DNA of 63,349 nt, counting the filler, from Octopus bimaculoides (taxonomy: Eukaryota): assembly GCF_001194135.2 (NCBI RefSeq). It is 6 parts of 6 records of this genome, joined end to end, with 100 filler letters (N's around TTAATTAATTAA, not from the genome) between each part and the next. Parts side by side here need not be neighbours in the genome. Positions count along the whole stretch, not along the records: positions 13,493 to 23,421 come from NC_068997.1; positions 23,522 to 30,544 come from NC_069002.1; 4 more parts are not named here. One strand, 5' to 3'. Position 1 is the stretch's first letter; each line of letters opens with the position of its first letter. The position numbers and the translations under genes were made by a program. Below are positions 13,393 to 23,899 of this stretch, one piece after another. The notes beneath the pieces were generated by a model, which saw nothing but the letters and a program-made list of their open reading frames with translations, did no database searches and was not told the DNA's origin.

Positions 13393-13492
13393 NNNNNNNN
13401 NNNNNNNNNNNNNNNNNNNNNNNNNNNNNNNNNNNNTTAATTAATTAANNNNNNNNNNNNNNNNNNNNNNNNNNNNNNNNNNNNNNNNNNNN
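13393..13492. other. Artificial scaffold-join spacer (44 N + TTAATTAATTAA + 44 N)
   Basis: Exactly 100 bp; the six-frame stop linker recurs identically five times. Confidence 0.95.
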
Positions 13493-13515
13493 ATATATAT
13501 ATATATATATATATA

Positions 13516-13545
13516 CTAGCAGAGGCACCTGGCATTGCCTGGGAA
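13516..13545 (-). mobile_element. Helitron 3' terminus (GC-rich hairpin then CTAG)
   Basis: Minus strand: cccaggcaatgccaggtg...gCTAGt. Same strand as, and downstream of, the helicase fragment at 14129-14546. Confidence 0.65.
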
Positions 13546-13562
13546 TGAAATTTTTCCTTATA

Positions 13563-14031
13563 TGAAGGCATCGTTGAAGATAGAAATGCAAAGATTCTGT
13601 AGGATTTTATGATTCAGTGCAACCACAAGATAGAGAATAGGAAGCCAGACATAGTCTTAATTGAGAAAGAAAACTATGCTGGTTCATAGATATAACACAC
13701 CCAGCTAACAACAAGGTATGCGATATGGAAGAAAGAAAAGTTGAGAGATATGACAGGTTAGCTTGGGAAGTTAAGCAGTTGTGGTCGATGAAAAAGGTAG
13801 CAGTCGTACCAATAATTGTCGTAGCCCTTGGAACAGTGGGCAAAAATCTCAAGAGGTACATGGAACAAGTAGGAGCTGCAATAAGCATGGAGCACTTGCA
13901 GGTACAGCACTGCTTGGAACTACTCGAATACTCTGGAAGGTGCTCGAAAAATAAGAGGTGTTACCTTAGTTCACTGATAGTGAACAGCTGACACTATAGT
14001 ACATCTCCAGTGTTAGAAGCTGTGCAAAGGC
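13563..14031 (+). mobile_element. R4/Dong-like LINE 3' fragment (restriction-like endonuclease domain + 3' UTR), followed by a (TAA)n tail
   Basis: KIL*DFMIQCNHKIENRKPDIVLIEK...EERKVERYDRLAWEVKQLWSMKKVAVVPIIVVALG; colinear with the inverted copy at 15618-16090; TAA tract 14032-14063. Confidence 0.9.
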
Positions 14032-14128
14032 AATAATAATAATAATAATAATGATAATAATTAATGAAAATACAAAATTTACCACTTTTATGAAAGGAGA
14101 TAAAATCTACTCAATATGTTGAAGGAAA

Positions 14129-14546
14129 TTATCTAAGTGCTTCTCGGTAAGCAACATTCTTTGTTTTCTGGTTTGGAGCATAGATAAATAAGTATTGTAA
14201 ACTACCTACACTGGAGTTACCAACTTAAAAGTGACCATGAGAAAAGCAATCCAGTAGATTTCAAAGACTGGCCCTGAACTTTATTGATAGACATTGCAAA
14301 GCAAAGTCGCACTGGGAATTTTGTTTATTTGAACTCAAATGGCATGTCTGTTGGTTTGATTTGAATTCTTGGAATAAAAGCCTCTTGCCCTGAGGCACAT
14401 CCATTGATGATGGTAGCTTCTGTTACATTAGGTGGTAATGTCTTCACAATCAACCTTGTCCCATTGCATAATTTGGGAAGATATAAATTTCGTAGAAGCA
14501 TTATTAGAACTCTTACTTTCAGAAAAAGCTTGTGGAGGAGTTCCAT
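14129..14546 (-). mobile_element. Helitron PIF1-like helicase C-terminal remnant
   Basis: HKLFLKVRVLIMLLRNLYLPKLCNGTRLIV...IPRI...FPVRLCFAMSINKVQGQSL...KNVAYREALR*. Confidence 0.85.
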
Positions 14547-15222
14547 ATGGCTGAAGAGAATTAAGGGAGTCTGTTGTCAGAGATTTTGATCAAGAACAAG
14601 GATCACTTTACACCAATGAAGTACAGACAACTGACTCAACATCCATACAGTTCACAATGGAAAAGGAAAAAGACAATCAGCTAGCATTCCTGGACGTATT
14701 AATAACATGTATCAAGTATGGATTCAGGACATCCGTATACCGCACACCAACCTTCACTGGACAATACCTCAACTTCAGCTCAGGACAGCATTCAAGAGTA
14801 ATACAACACTTTGCAAATATCTCCTTCGAGTAAAATCACCAATAGAAGAGAATATAACTAAGAACGTGTGTACTCCATCCCATGCAGCTGTGGTAGGTTA
14901 TACAAAGGCAAAACATGCTGCTCCCTCAAAATAAGCATAGAGGAACATCGCAAAACTGTGACACAAGGCGATATTGATAAATCGTGTATAGCTGATCAGG
15001 TACGGAAAAATAGAAACCACCTCCCCCTGTGGGATGAAGTTAGAATGATAGACAGAGAAACCACTGGAAAATACGAAAACTAAAAAAAGCAGCACATATG
15101 CTAGGACACAACAACCTCCTAAGCAGACCGAGTGCAAATATGAGTAGCATATGGGAACTGGTATTAAGGATAGAAAAATATTAGATTTATAGCCCCTAAA
15201 ATTCACTCCATAATTGCCCACA

Positions 15223-15295
15223 GGCATATGGTGTAGTGGTTAAGAGGCAGGCTACTAAACCCAAGATTCTGAGTTCGATTGCAGGCAGCGACCTG
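15223..15295 (+). promoter_or_regulatory. tRNA-like Pol III internal promoter (A box + B box) in the Penelope 3' region
   Basis: A-box-like TGGTGTAGTGG at 15229-15239 and B-box-like GAGTTCGATTGC at 15271-15282, with tRNA-type spacing of 42 nt. Confidence 0.6.
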
Positions 15296-15364
15296 ATTAA
15301 TAATAATAATAACAATATTGAAAAATACCTTAGGAATGAGAACTCAGGTTCGAAATTTCCCCAA

Positions 15365-15410
15365 GGCACCTGATGAAGGCTGGAGGGTATATCAGCTGAA
15401 ACGTTGTGTT
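15365..15410 (+). ncRNA. Minimal type I hammerhead ribozyme motif, canonical core
   Basis: GGCAC-CUGAUGA-A-GGCUG(10-nt loop)CAGCU-GAAA-CG-UU-GUGUU. Helix I GGCAC/GUGUU; palindromic AACGUU in place of helix III; predicted cleavage after GUU (15405). Confidence 0.75.
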
Positions 15411-15580
15411 AACAACAAACAAGATGAGGACAAATATACGTCAATCGTAACTAATGTAAATAATTAGGTTTGTGCTTTAAAGTTAGCCACTAACCAGTAT
15501 TTTTATCGAGACAATATATCTACTAAGATTGTCAACCAAGACTGCAAAGCTCATACTACCCATAAGTTGGGCCTGTTCCC

Positions 15581-15615
<35 letters not shown>

Positions 15616-15617
15616 TA

Positions 15618-17405
15618 TTGTCTTTGCACAGCTTCTAATGCTGGAGATGTACTACGATGCCAGCTGTTCACTGCCAGTGAACTAAGATAACACCCCTTAT
15701 TTTTCAAGCACCAACTAGCATGTTCGAGCGGTTCCAAGTAGTGCTGTTTTCTGCAAGTACTCCACCCTTATTGCAGCACCTATTTGTTCCATGTAATTCT
15801 CAAGATTTTTGCTCACTGTTCCCAGGGCTCCGACAATTATTGGTACTACTACCACCTTTTTCATTGGCCACAACCGCTTAACCTCCCAAGGTAACCTGTC
15901 ATATCTCTTGACTTTTCTTTCTTCCTTATCACATACCTTGTTGTCAGCTGGGCATGCTATGTCTATGATCCAGCATCGTTTGCTTTCTTTCTCGATTAAC
16001 ATTGTCTGGTTTCCTATTCTCAATCTCATGGTCACACTGAATCATAAAATCCCATAGGATCTTTGCATTATCATTTTCAATGATGCCTTCAGGTTTATGT
16101 TATACCACTTTTTGCTCTGTCAAGTCCATACTTGTTGCAAAGTGTCCAATGGACAATCCTTGCTATATTGTCATGACATCTCTTATATTCTTTCTGGGCT
16201 AGTGGCGTACATTGACAGGTAATAAGCCATACAATTTCACCATTTTATTCACAAATTCTGCACTTATCACTTTCTGCTGTGTTGTCTATTCTGTATTTAA
16301 TGTAATTAGTTCTTAATGCTTACTCTTGGGCAGCACAGATTAGAGCCTCCATTTCCAGTTTTAAGTCACTTTTAGTTATCCAGAGCCATCTTTTTCTGTT
16401 TGTCTTATCTTCAACATTCCTATGAAATTGTCTATGCATTCTTTTCTTTATCCACCTATTTCCAGTTTCATTCATTCTCAAGTCTTTGTACAGTGCTTTA
16501 TCTTTGCAATCTTTCATCCTACACAAGCCTGACCTTCTTACTTCTAATAATAGTGGTTCTTTGGCAGATTTTACATACCATGGTGTATTGTTTTCTTCTG
16601 CTCTAATGCTGTGTCTGCATCCAATCAGTCCTCTTCTCTCTCTTTTTCTTGGTACATACAGTCTGTCTGTGTCACTTTTTGAGAGGAGTATCCCATATCT
16701 CTTCAGCAACTTCCTTGTCTTTCTGTCTAAGCTGTTCATCTACTGTCTATGCAATTACCCCTGCTTCATATCTAATTAGTGAAACAAGATGTTGAGTTGT
16801 GCAGCTATTCGTGCATGACATTCACCAAATCTTTTGATCCAGTAGCCTTGATCTCCATCTGGTCCTGGGGCCTTCCAGTTGCTCAGTTTTTTGCTGATTT
16901 CCTTCACTTCCCTAACTGAAATGACTAGTTCTGCCTGTTTGAGACAGACTACCGTTTGTTTCAGTTCTTGCAACCATTCAGCATCCTTCTTGTTCTCCTT
17001 GTCTTTGCTCCAGATATCACTCCAAAACCTTTGACTTTCAATGTTATCTGGTATCAACTTTTCATCTGTACACTCTCCATTTATTGCTTTATAAAATCTC
17101 TCCTGATCTACTCTGAATAACCTATTCGGCTGGTAACCCTTTATTCTTTGGTCGTATTTTACCATCTTTGCTTTCTTTGCAATGAGGGGCTGCTTCAGTT
17201 CCTCCATTACCACTTTCAGGCCCTTTCTTTCAATATTATACTTCCAGTTCAGTGCCCTGTACTTTTGTTTGCTTTTAAGCTCCCCTTTCTCTTTTCGGTC
17301 TAACACAGAAATGCCATTCAAGAGCATATCTAACCCTGCCTGTATTCTTCTTTTCCACCATGGATCTTTTCTTTTGTTATTCTTGACACCAACACCCACA
17401 TTTTC
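15618..17405 (-). mobile_element. 5'-truncated, internally deleted R4/Dong-like LINE between two (TAA)n tracts
   Basis: NWKAPGPDGDQGYWIK (RT N-terminal region), LDRKTRKLL...DRLYVPRKR (thumb), CRIC zinc-knuckle region, CWIIDIACP...VVPIIVGALG (RLE). TAA tracts at 15581-15617 and 17406-17464. Confidence 0.92.
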
Positions 17406-17465
17406 TATTATTATGATTATTATTATTATTATTATTGTTATTATTGCTATTATTATTATTATTTT

Positions 17466-17677
17466 CATATGCACACAACAATAAGACAGTAGGAAAAATA
17501 AAAATCCTAACCTCGGGCAACAACAAATAACTTTAACTGCCAAAAAACCTCCTAAGCATCCTAGCTGTTCCTGATAACACTGTTATCTGGAGCTGTACTA
17601 AATTGGCTTTTATGCTTGTTTCCTCTATCAATTTGTTCAGATCTTTAGGGATAGTTTCCAATGCATCTATAACTACT
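17466..17677 (-). mobile_element. 3' end of a second R4/Dong-like subfamily
   Basis: VVIDALETIPKDL...LQITVLSGTARMLRRFFGS*, then a 3' UTR and (TAA)n at 17406-17464. Confidence 0.7.
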
Positions 17678-17779
17678 GAGATGTGGAGGTGCAATGACCC
17701 AGTGGTTAGGGCAGTGGGGTGGGGTGTACTGCATTTATTATTATTATTATCGTTGTTGTTGTTCTTATTCTTGTCTTGG

Positions 17780-20700
17780 TTAGATGTGTTTTGAGCACTC
17801 CATCAGTTGGAATTTTTGTTGCATGTTATTGAAGGTTGTTGACTGTTGTGTTAAACTGTTTTGTTTCTTGACCCCCTTTTGGTGTGCAGAAGGGGTTCTT
17901 TTGTTAAAAGTTCCCCCTTTTAGGAGCGAATTTTGGACTTTTAGTCCTTTTTAAGCAAAACAATTTCTGTTTGTTTTTCATTTTTATGGAAAACAATATG
18001 GTGTCCAGTGTGAAGGGGAGTGATTCTGGCTGTTGTAACAGCCAGTACAATGTTGATTTTGCCCCTCTTCACAGCAGTACCACCACCATCATCAACAAAA
18101 ACAATGAAAACCATGAAAATATAGAAAACCAAGAAATCACCATTATTGTTCCTGAAAAAGAGAGGGAAGAAGAGAGGAAAGAAAGAACGACAACTGATAC
18201 CACCACTGCCACCACCACTGCCACCACCATCACAAACACATACTGCAACAAATCAAGGGGCACTGATTTTGCCTCAGTGGCAAGGCAAACAAAAGAAGAT
18301 GTTGAATTTTACAACAAATGAAATAAAAAAAAAAGGCAAAGGGGTTGTTAAGGAAGGAAGGAAACAATGTTTTCCTTAACACTCTTCAGTAATTAATTTA
18401 GGAAACCAAAAAAAAAAAAAAAGCAGTAATATACAACAGAGTTTTAGACATCAAGAAGAAAAGAGAATGAGCCACTCAACAACAGTTGGAAATGAACCTG
18501 AGGCCGATTTGGACTAAAAAAACCTATGTGACAAAAGGAAAGGGCTTTGGCAGGGTGGAAGTGTGATTTTCAACAGAGCAGGAGGCAAGATAGCATTCCA
18601 CTGTGTAACTAGAAACAAAGGAATTGCTGCTCATGCTAACATACTGTTACGAACGCCCGCACGCGAAGCACCTCCTTAATACATAACATCACAGAATACA
18701 TTTAAAACATTAGAATAGAGCATTACATAATAACAATTCCAATACATGGCATGACAGTTCAATAACGTTGACAAAGTTTCCAAACAATTACAAGCTTTTC
18801 AATCATTTTTACATCGCAAAGTTCGTGTCTGAAGTTTCATTTGACAACAAAGTTCTTCTGCTTCTTTCCTTTGTATTTCTTTTCTTTTCCTTTCTTTTAG
18901 AAGCATTTAACAACACAGTTAANNNNNNNNNNGTTCGTTTCCTTCAGGTCTGCTACTTCCACTGACCAGGGCAGTCTGCCACTACAATTCTGTCTCTCTC
19001 TCACTGGGACTCTATACATTTCTGCTGACCATAGCTTTCTCTCTGTCCCTCTCTCTCTCTGGGACTCTATACATTTCTGCTGACCATATCTTTCTCTCTG
19101 TCAGACTTATTCTTCATCTTCACTTCATCTCCTCGACTGGCCCCATCTCCACGGGCAAACTGCTGTCTCCCAACTGCTCCGGCCGGCTGCTACAGCTCGA
19201 CTGCCTCTGCTGGCTGCCAGAACTCCACTGGCCAAAATTCTCTGCTCACTGCTTCGGCCGACTGCTTCCCGCCAATTCCTGTCCTGCTGAACTTTCGGTG
19301 ACCGGAAAGGGGGCAGCTACGCTAAAAATAGCTGTGGTTGCCGACGAGACAAAGGAAATACCATTGTCCCCAACTGACCAGAGTACGGGTTCAAAACCCA
19401 GCCCGGGAGATAGGGATATAATGCTAACTGTATTTTCGGTGGTCGCATCAATACTTTAGTTGGCAAAAATTAAAATTGGGGAGGTGCCCCCTAAAATGAA
19501 TATATGTCGGCTGGTGCCAGCTGTCCTCCTTGATATAGGGGACATCACCACAATACTGGTGGTGCATAAATTGCACCAACAAAATTGGATAGGTCAGGAG
19601 TTGGAGCTCCTTGTTCAAATTGAATAAGGCATCTTAAATTCAATCCCTGACTCAATTAACCAACCTGACAGCACCAGATTACACATGGTTGTGGAGGGTA
19701 GGAGGCCAAGGTGCTATTATTGTGGTGCCCAAGTCCAGTTTAGGGTTGACCACCCTAAGAGGGAGAGGCGACCGGCCCTTCTACCAACACCAGAACCAGG
19801 GGCACCTCAAGTACAGCAGCAGAAACCAACCCAAACACCAACATTATCTCCAGCAGCAGCAGCAGCAGCAACAGCGATGCCACCTCCAGCTGTCGCCAGG
19901 TTACCACCAACACCAACAACAAAGACACCAGCCAGAGTACCACCACCGCCACCACCAGCCAGAGTACCACCACCCCACCAGCTGGAGTACCTCCACCACC
20001 AGCCAAAGTACCACCACCACCACCACCAGTAACACGACCATCACCAACAACAGCTATTGTAGCAGTAACAACAAGTGAACCCCAACAAAATCAAAACTCA
20101 GAGAAAATTCCCCTTCCTTATCCAAACAACTCGGACTTTTCCAGTATTGAGGACGAGAGGGGTGAGTGGCAGACAGTCCCCACCTAAAAAAAAAGAAAGA
20201 AAAAGACTAAAGAGACAGTAAAAGAAAACGTGGGAGACACAAAAAAAGCGAAACTTTCCAACAACAGCAACAAACATACACACACACAACAATCAACAAT
20301 ACCACCTCCACCAGCACTGCCACCTCAAACACCAACACCACCACAAACAGATTCTATAAGCACGACAAACCTCACAGCCATAAATACAGAAAATATAAAC
20401 CTAATTACATACTTAAGAGACAATACAAACACCACAATGACAAACTTTGTCTTCCCAACACACAACTCACCACCACCACACTAACAAATCTTAAAAATGA
20501 CAACAAAATTACACGATAAAAACAATATTCCCGGAAGCTACTGTGTCGCACTGAAAAACTTTCACAAAAAGAATATACAAAAACCTCGTGGAAATTCCCA
20601 CAACAAAGACCAAAGGAACCACCATACCACACAACAGTGCTAAGTAGAGCTCTTCTCTGTCCTAAATTTCTTTTAACATGGTGATGCTCAAAATAGGTCG

Positions 20701-22520
20701 CAGAAATGTCAGGGGCCTCAGGTCGCCTTGGAAACAAGGTCCCTTTTTAAGTGACCTGAGCTCCTGTAGTGTACACATAGCGACCATTAGTGAATCCAGA
20801 CTATCTGACCCACGGGACCTCGCCACCTTTTTCGGTGGATATGAGATTTTTCTATCTTTGTGTCAGCTGGGGGTGGGGCTTTTCTGGAAGGGTCCGGATT
20901 TGAAATTAAAGGCAGTCTTCCTGGATCCAAAAGGTAAGTTGGTGGTCCTAGATGTGAACAGCAGTGCTTTCAGATTGGTGGCTGCCTATGCTCCGACAGG
21001 GGCAGGATGGTCTGATTACTTCAAGCATCTGGAGGTTTTTCTGAGAAAGTTTCAGACTTTAGTGTAAGTTGGGGATCGGAACACTGTCTTAGATGAACGT
21101 TTTGATTGCGTGGAAGTATCTGATAGGAGAGGAAGGTGCAAAAGTTTCGAAAACCTGCTCAAACGTTTTCAGCTGTCTGACAGATATCGACTAGATTACC
21201 TGAATGTGCCAAGCAGACAAGGATACCATAGGATGTCCTCAACTTCACATGGTCGGCTACACAGACCACAAATTTGTAATCTGTATTGTCGATTTAGATA
21301 GACTTCATAGACAGGGTGCTGGTTACTGAAAGCTGAACATGTCGTTACCAGCACGTCAAGCTTACAGAGACCGTATTAACAAATTAATTAAGCAGGTGTT
21401 GAGGGGACAGTCGTCAGCAACAACTGGTAGTTTGCTCTTAAAAGAGCAATTAGAGTAGAATCAATTCAGTTTAGTGATAGAAAGAAATAGAATAGAGGGA
21501 GATTTAATTACAAAGTTAGATGAGGCACCTAGGGCAGGCATTACAACCGATGTGTTGATGGTAAAATTAACCCTCAACCAATTTGTCAATGCCAAACATA
21601 AAAGCTGTGTTGTCAGAGCTAAGGCACGTTCATTAAGCGAGGAGGGAAGGAAAGCATCACGATAGTTCCACATGGCAGAGGCAAAAGGTGGCAATAAAAC
21701 CACCATTTGGTCTTTGGTGGGCCAGAACGGATGTGAGGTGTTTGAACCGAAACAGAAGTGTGTGGCTTTTCAGGAGCACTTTGCTCAACTGTTCAGGAGG
21801 AATGGAAGGATGGATAACAGGGTAGACTTCAGTGTGGATCTGGATGGCCTGCCACAACTCACGGAGAATGAGGGAGAGTGGTGCAAAAGGCCAATAACAG
21901 CTGCAGACATACAGGAAGTGATGAAGAGCTGCACGAGTGGTAGATCATCAAGTTTGGATGGTCTGCCCTACAAGCTTTAAATTTTGATGACAGACTTGTT
22001 TGCAGGCTGTTTAGTAGACATCAACTGCAACTCGCAGCACAATGGGATAATTCTCACTTTTGTCTGTCGAGAGGCAGTGGCACTGCTGAGAAAGGATCCA
22101 AACAAGGATTACGTTATAGAAAATTTCAGGCCCATCACTCTGCTCAATGTAGAGTTCAAGATTTGGGCCAAGGTGCTAGACAAGAGGTTGGCACTTGTCG
22201 TAGACAAGCTGGTTGGCAAAGCACAGACATACAACAACCTTCACTCGTGCGCTACATCATAGAAAGTGTGGGTAATGAAGCTGGGTGTCTGACCAATTTA
22301 GACCAATCTAAAGCCTTCAATGGGGTGGACCATCAATACTTGGCAGGGCAGCCAGTTTTGGTTTGGTTTTCTGTGGTTGAATTGCTGCTTTGTACAGCAA
22401 CACCTGCTTTGTTGTTTGAGTGAATGGTCACCTGTTGGAGCCATTTCGGCATATTGCATTCGGTCTCTCAAGGGTGCCTCCTCTCATCCTTTCTGAATGT
22501 ACTGACTCTTTAGAGATTAC
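17780..22520 (+). mobile_element. L1/Tx1-clade LINE: ORF1 plus ORF2 (APE endonuclease + RT), decayed and 3'-truncated
   Basis: ORF1 from ATG 17986 with a degenerate zinc knuckle VEGRRPRCYYCG. ORF2 from 20678: NVRGL, AYAP, GDRN, GY*KLN, ENFRPITLLNVEFKIWAKVL, LDQSKAF, QGCLLS. Ends before YADD. The 5' boundary is approximate. Confidence 0.9.
18645..19450. mobile_element. Solo LTR inserted in LINE ORF1
   Basis: TG...CA termini (TGTTACG / CGCATCA), 4-bp TSD ATAC at 18641-18644 and 19451-19454, and an internal ~55-bp tandem duplication at about 18995-19103. Confidence 0.8.
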
Positions 22521-22543
22521 TGCAGACGTTGGAGGGTTTGAGG

Positions 22544-23035
22544 GGTTCAAACACTTCACACCCGTTCTGGTCCACAAAAGACTGAATGGTGACTTTATAT
22601 CATGTTTTGTCTCTGCCACTCGGGCTCATCGTTCCCTTCCTGCATAGACTGCATGTCTTAGCTCTAACAATGCAATCTACGCATTTGGCGTCGAAGTATT
22701 AGTTGAGGGCCAACTTGGAAGCCAGCATGTTGGTTGCAAAGCCTTTCCTAAGTGACTCATCTAACTGCCTCACTAGATTCTATTCTATTTCGTTCTATCA
22801 CTAATGCCTTGCTAAACATAATCAATTCTATTATAATTGCTCTTTTAAAAGCAAACTAACAGTTGTTGTTGATGATTGCTACCGTCATTGTGTGCTTAAC
22901 TAATTCGCTAATCCGGTCTCTGTAAGCTTAATCTGCTGGTAACGACATGTTCAGCTTCCAGTAACCGAGACCCTGTCTATGAAGCCTATTTAAGTTGATT
23001 GTACAGATCACAAATTTGTGGTCTTTGTAATTGAC
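22544..23035 (-). mobile_element. Inverted fragment of a related L1/Tx1 ORF2
   Basis: Reverse complement aligns with about 21255-21752 and retains the GYWKLNMSL motif; visibly diverged. Confidence 0.85.
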
Positions 23036-23040
23036 CAGGT

Positions 23041-23210
23041 GAACATTATATACATTATTTACATTTCACGGATATTTGTCCTCATCGTGTTTGTTGTTAA
23101 CACAACATTTTGGCTGATATACCCTCTAGCCTTCATCAGATGTCTTGGGGAAATTTCGAACCTGGGTTCTCATTCCTAAGGTATTTTTCGATGTCGTTGT
23201 TGTTGTTTTT
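23041..23210 (-). mobile_element. Solo Penelope pLTR with inactivated hammerhead
   Basis: Matches 15310-15460. Core reads GACAU-CUGAUGA-A-GGCUA...CAGCC-AAAA-UG-UU-GUGUU (GAAA>AAAA and CG>UG, both CpG transitions). Confidence 0.85.
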
Positions 23211-23236
23211 ATTATTATTATTATTATTATTATTTT

Positions 23237-23421
23237 ATGTTTGACTTTTGCTTTGCATTTGTACAAGTTGGATCCAAGTCTCACCCAGAGATCTCAAGAG
23301 ACAAGTTAGAAGTTCATGTAGGTGTTATGCCTAGGGTACCATATATTTGGATTTGTACAGTGTTGTTCTAGAGAATGTTTTAAAATTTGAGATCAGATAG
23401 ACAGTATTTTACGTAGGATAT
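23237..23421 (-). mobile_element. 3' end of an R4/Dong-like LINE with (TAA)n tail
   Basis: Minus strand ILRKILSI* (stop at 23393-23395), then a 3' UTR, then a TAA tract at about 23211-23236. Confidence 0.6.
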
Positions 23422-23521
23422 NNNNNNNNNNNNNNNNNNNNNNNNNNNNNNNNNNNNNNNNNNNNTTAATTAATTAANNNNNNNNNNNNNNNNNNNNNNN
23501 NNNNNNNNNNNNNNNNNNNNN
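23422..23521. other. Artificial scaffold-join spacer
   Basis: 44 N + TTAATTAATTAA + 44 N. Confidence 0.95.
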
Positions 23522-23899
23522 TATATATATATATATATATATGTATGCATATATGTATATATATGTATGCATGTATGTATGTGCGTATGTATGTATACGT
23601 GTGGGTGCATTTATATATGTGTGTGTATGCGTGTATATATGTAAGTGTGTTTGTATGTATGTATGTATGTGTATGTATGCATGTATGTACATATATGTAC
23701 AGAAATAGATATACCCACACACTTACGCACGCACATACACTCACACACATATACATTATAGAGCTAACCGGAAATTTTTGGCGGTAGCTACCCCAGTAAC
23801 ATATTGGGATTTTATAGAAACTAAAGTTTTAAAATAAATTTCGGTTATTTCAAAGGTGCAACCAATTATGCTACGTGTAGATGATCAAAGGAAGACAAA

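Larger units (their letters stand above)
14545..15465 (+). mobile_element. Penelope-like element 3' part: RT C-terminus, GIY-YIG endonuclease and terminal repeat (pLTR)
   Basis: SIQFTMEKEKDNQLAFLDVLIT...VYRTPTFTGQYLNFSS and VYSIPCSCGRLYKGKT...EEHRK (frameshifted). The terminal region matches 23041-23210. Confidence 0.9.
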
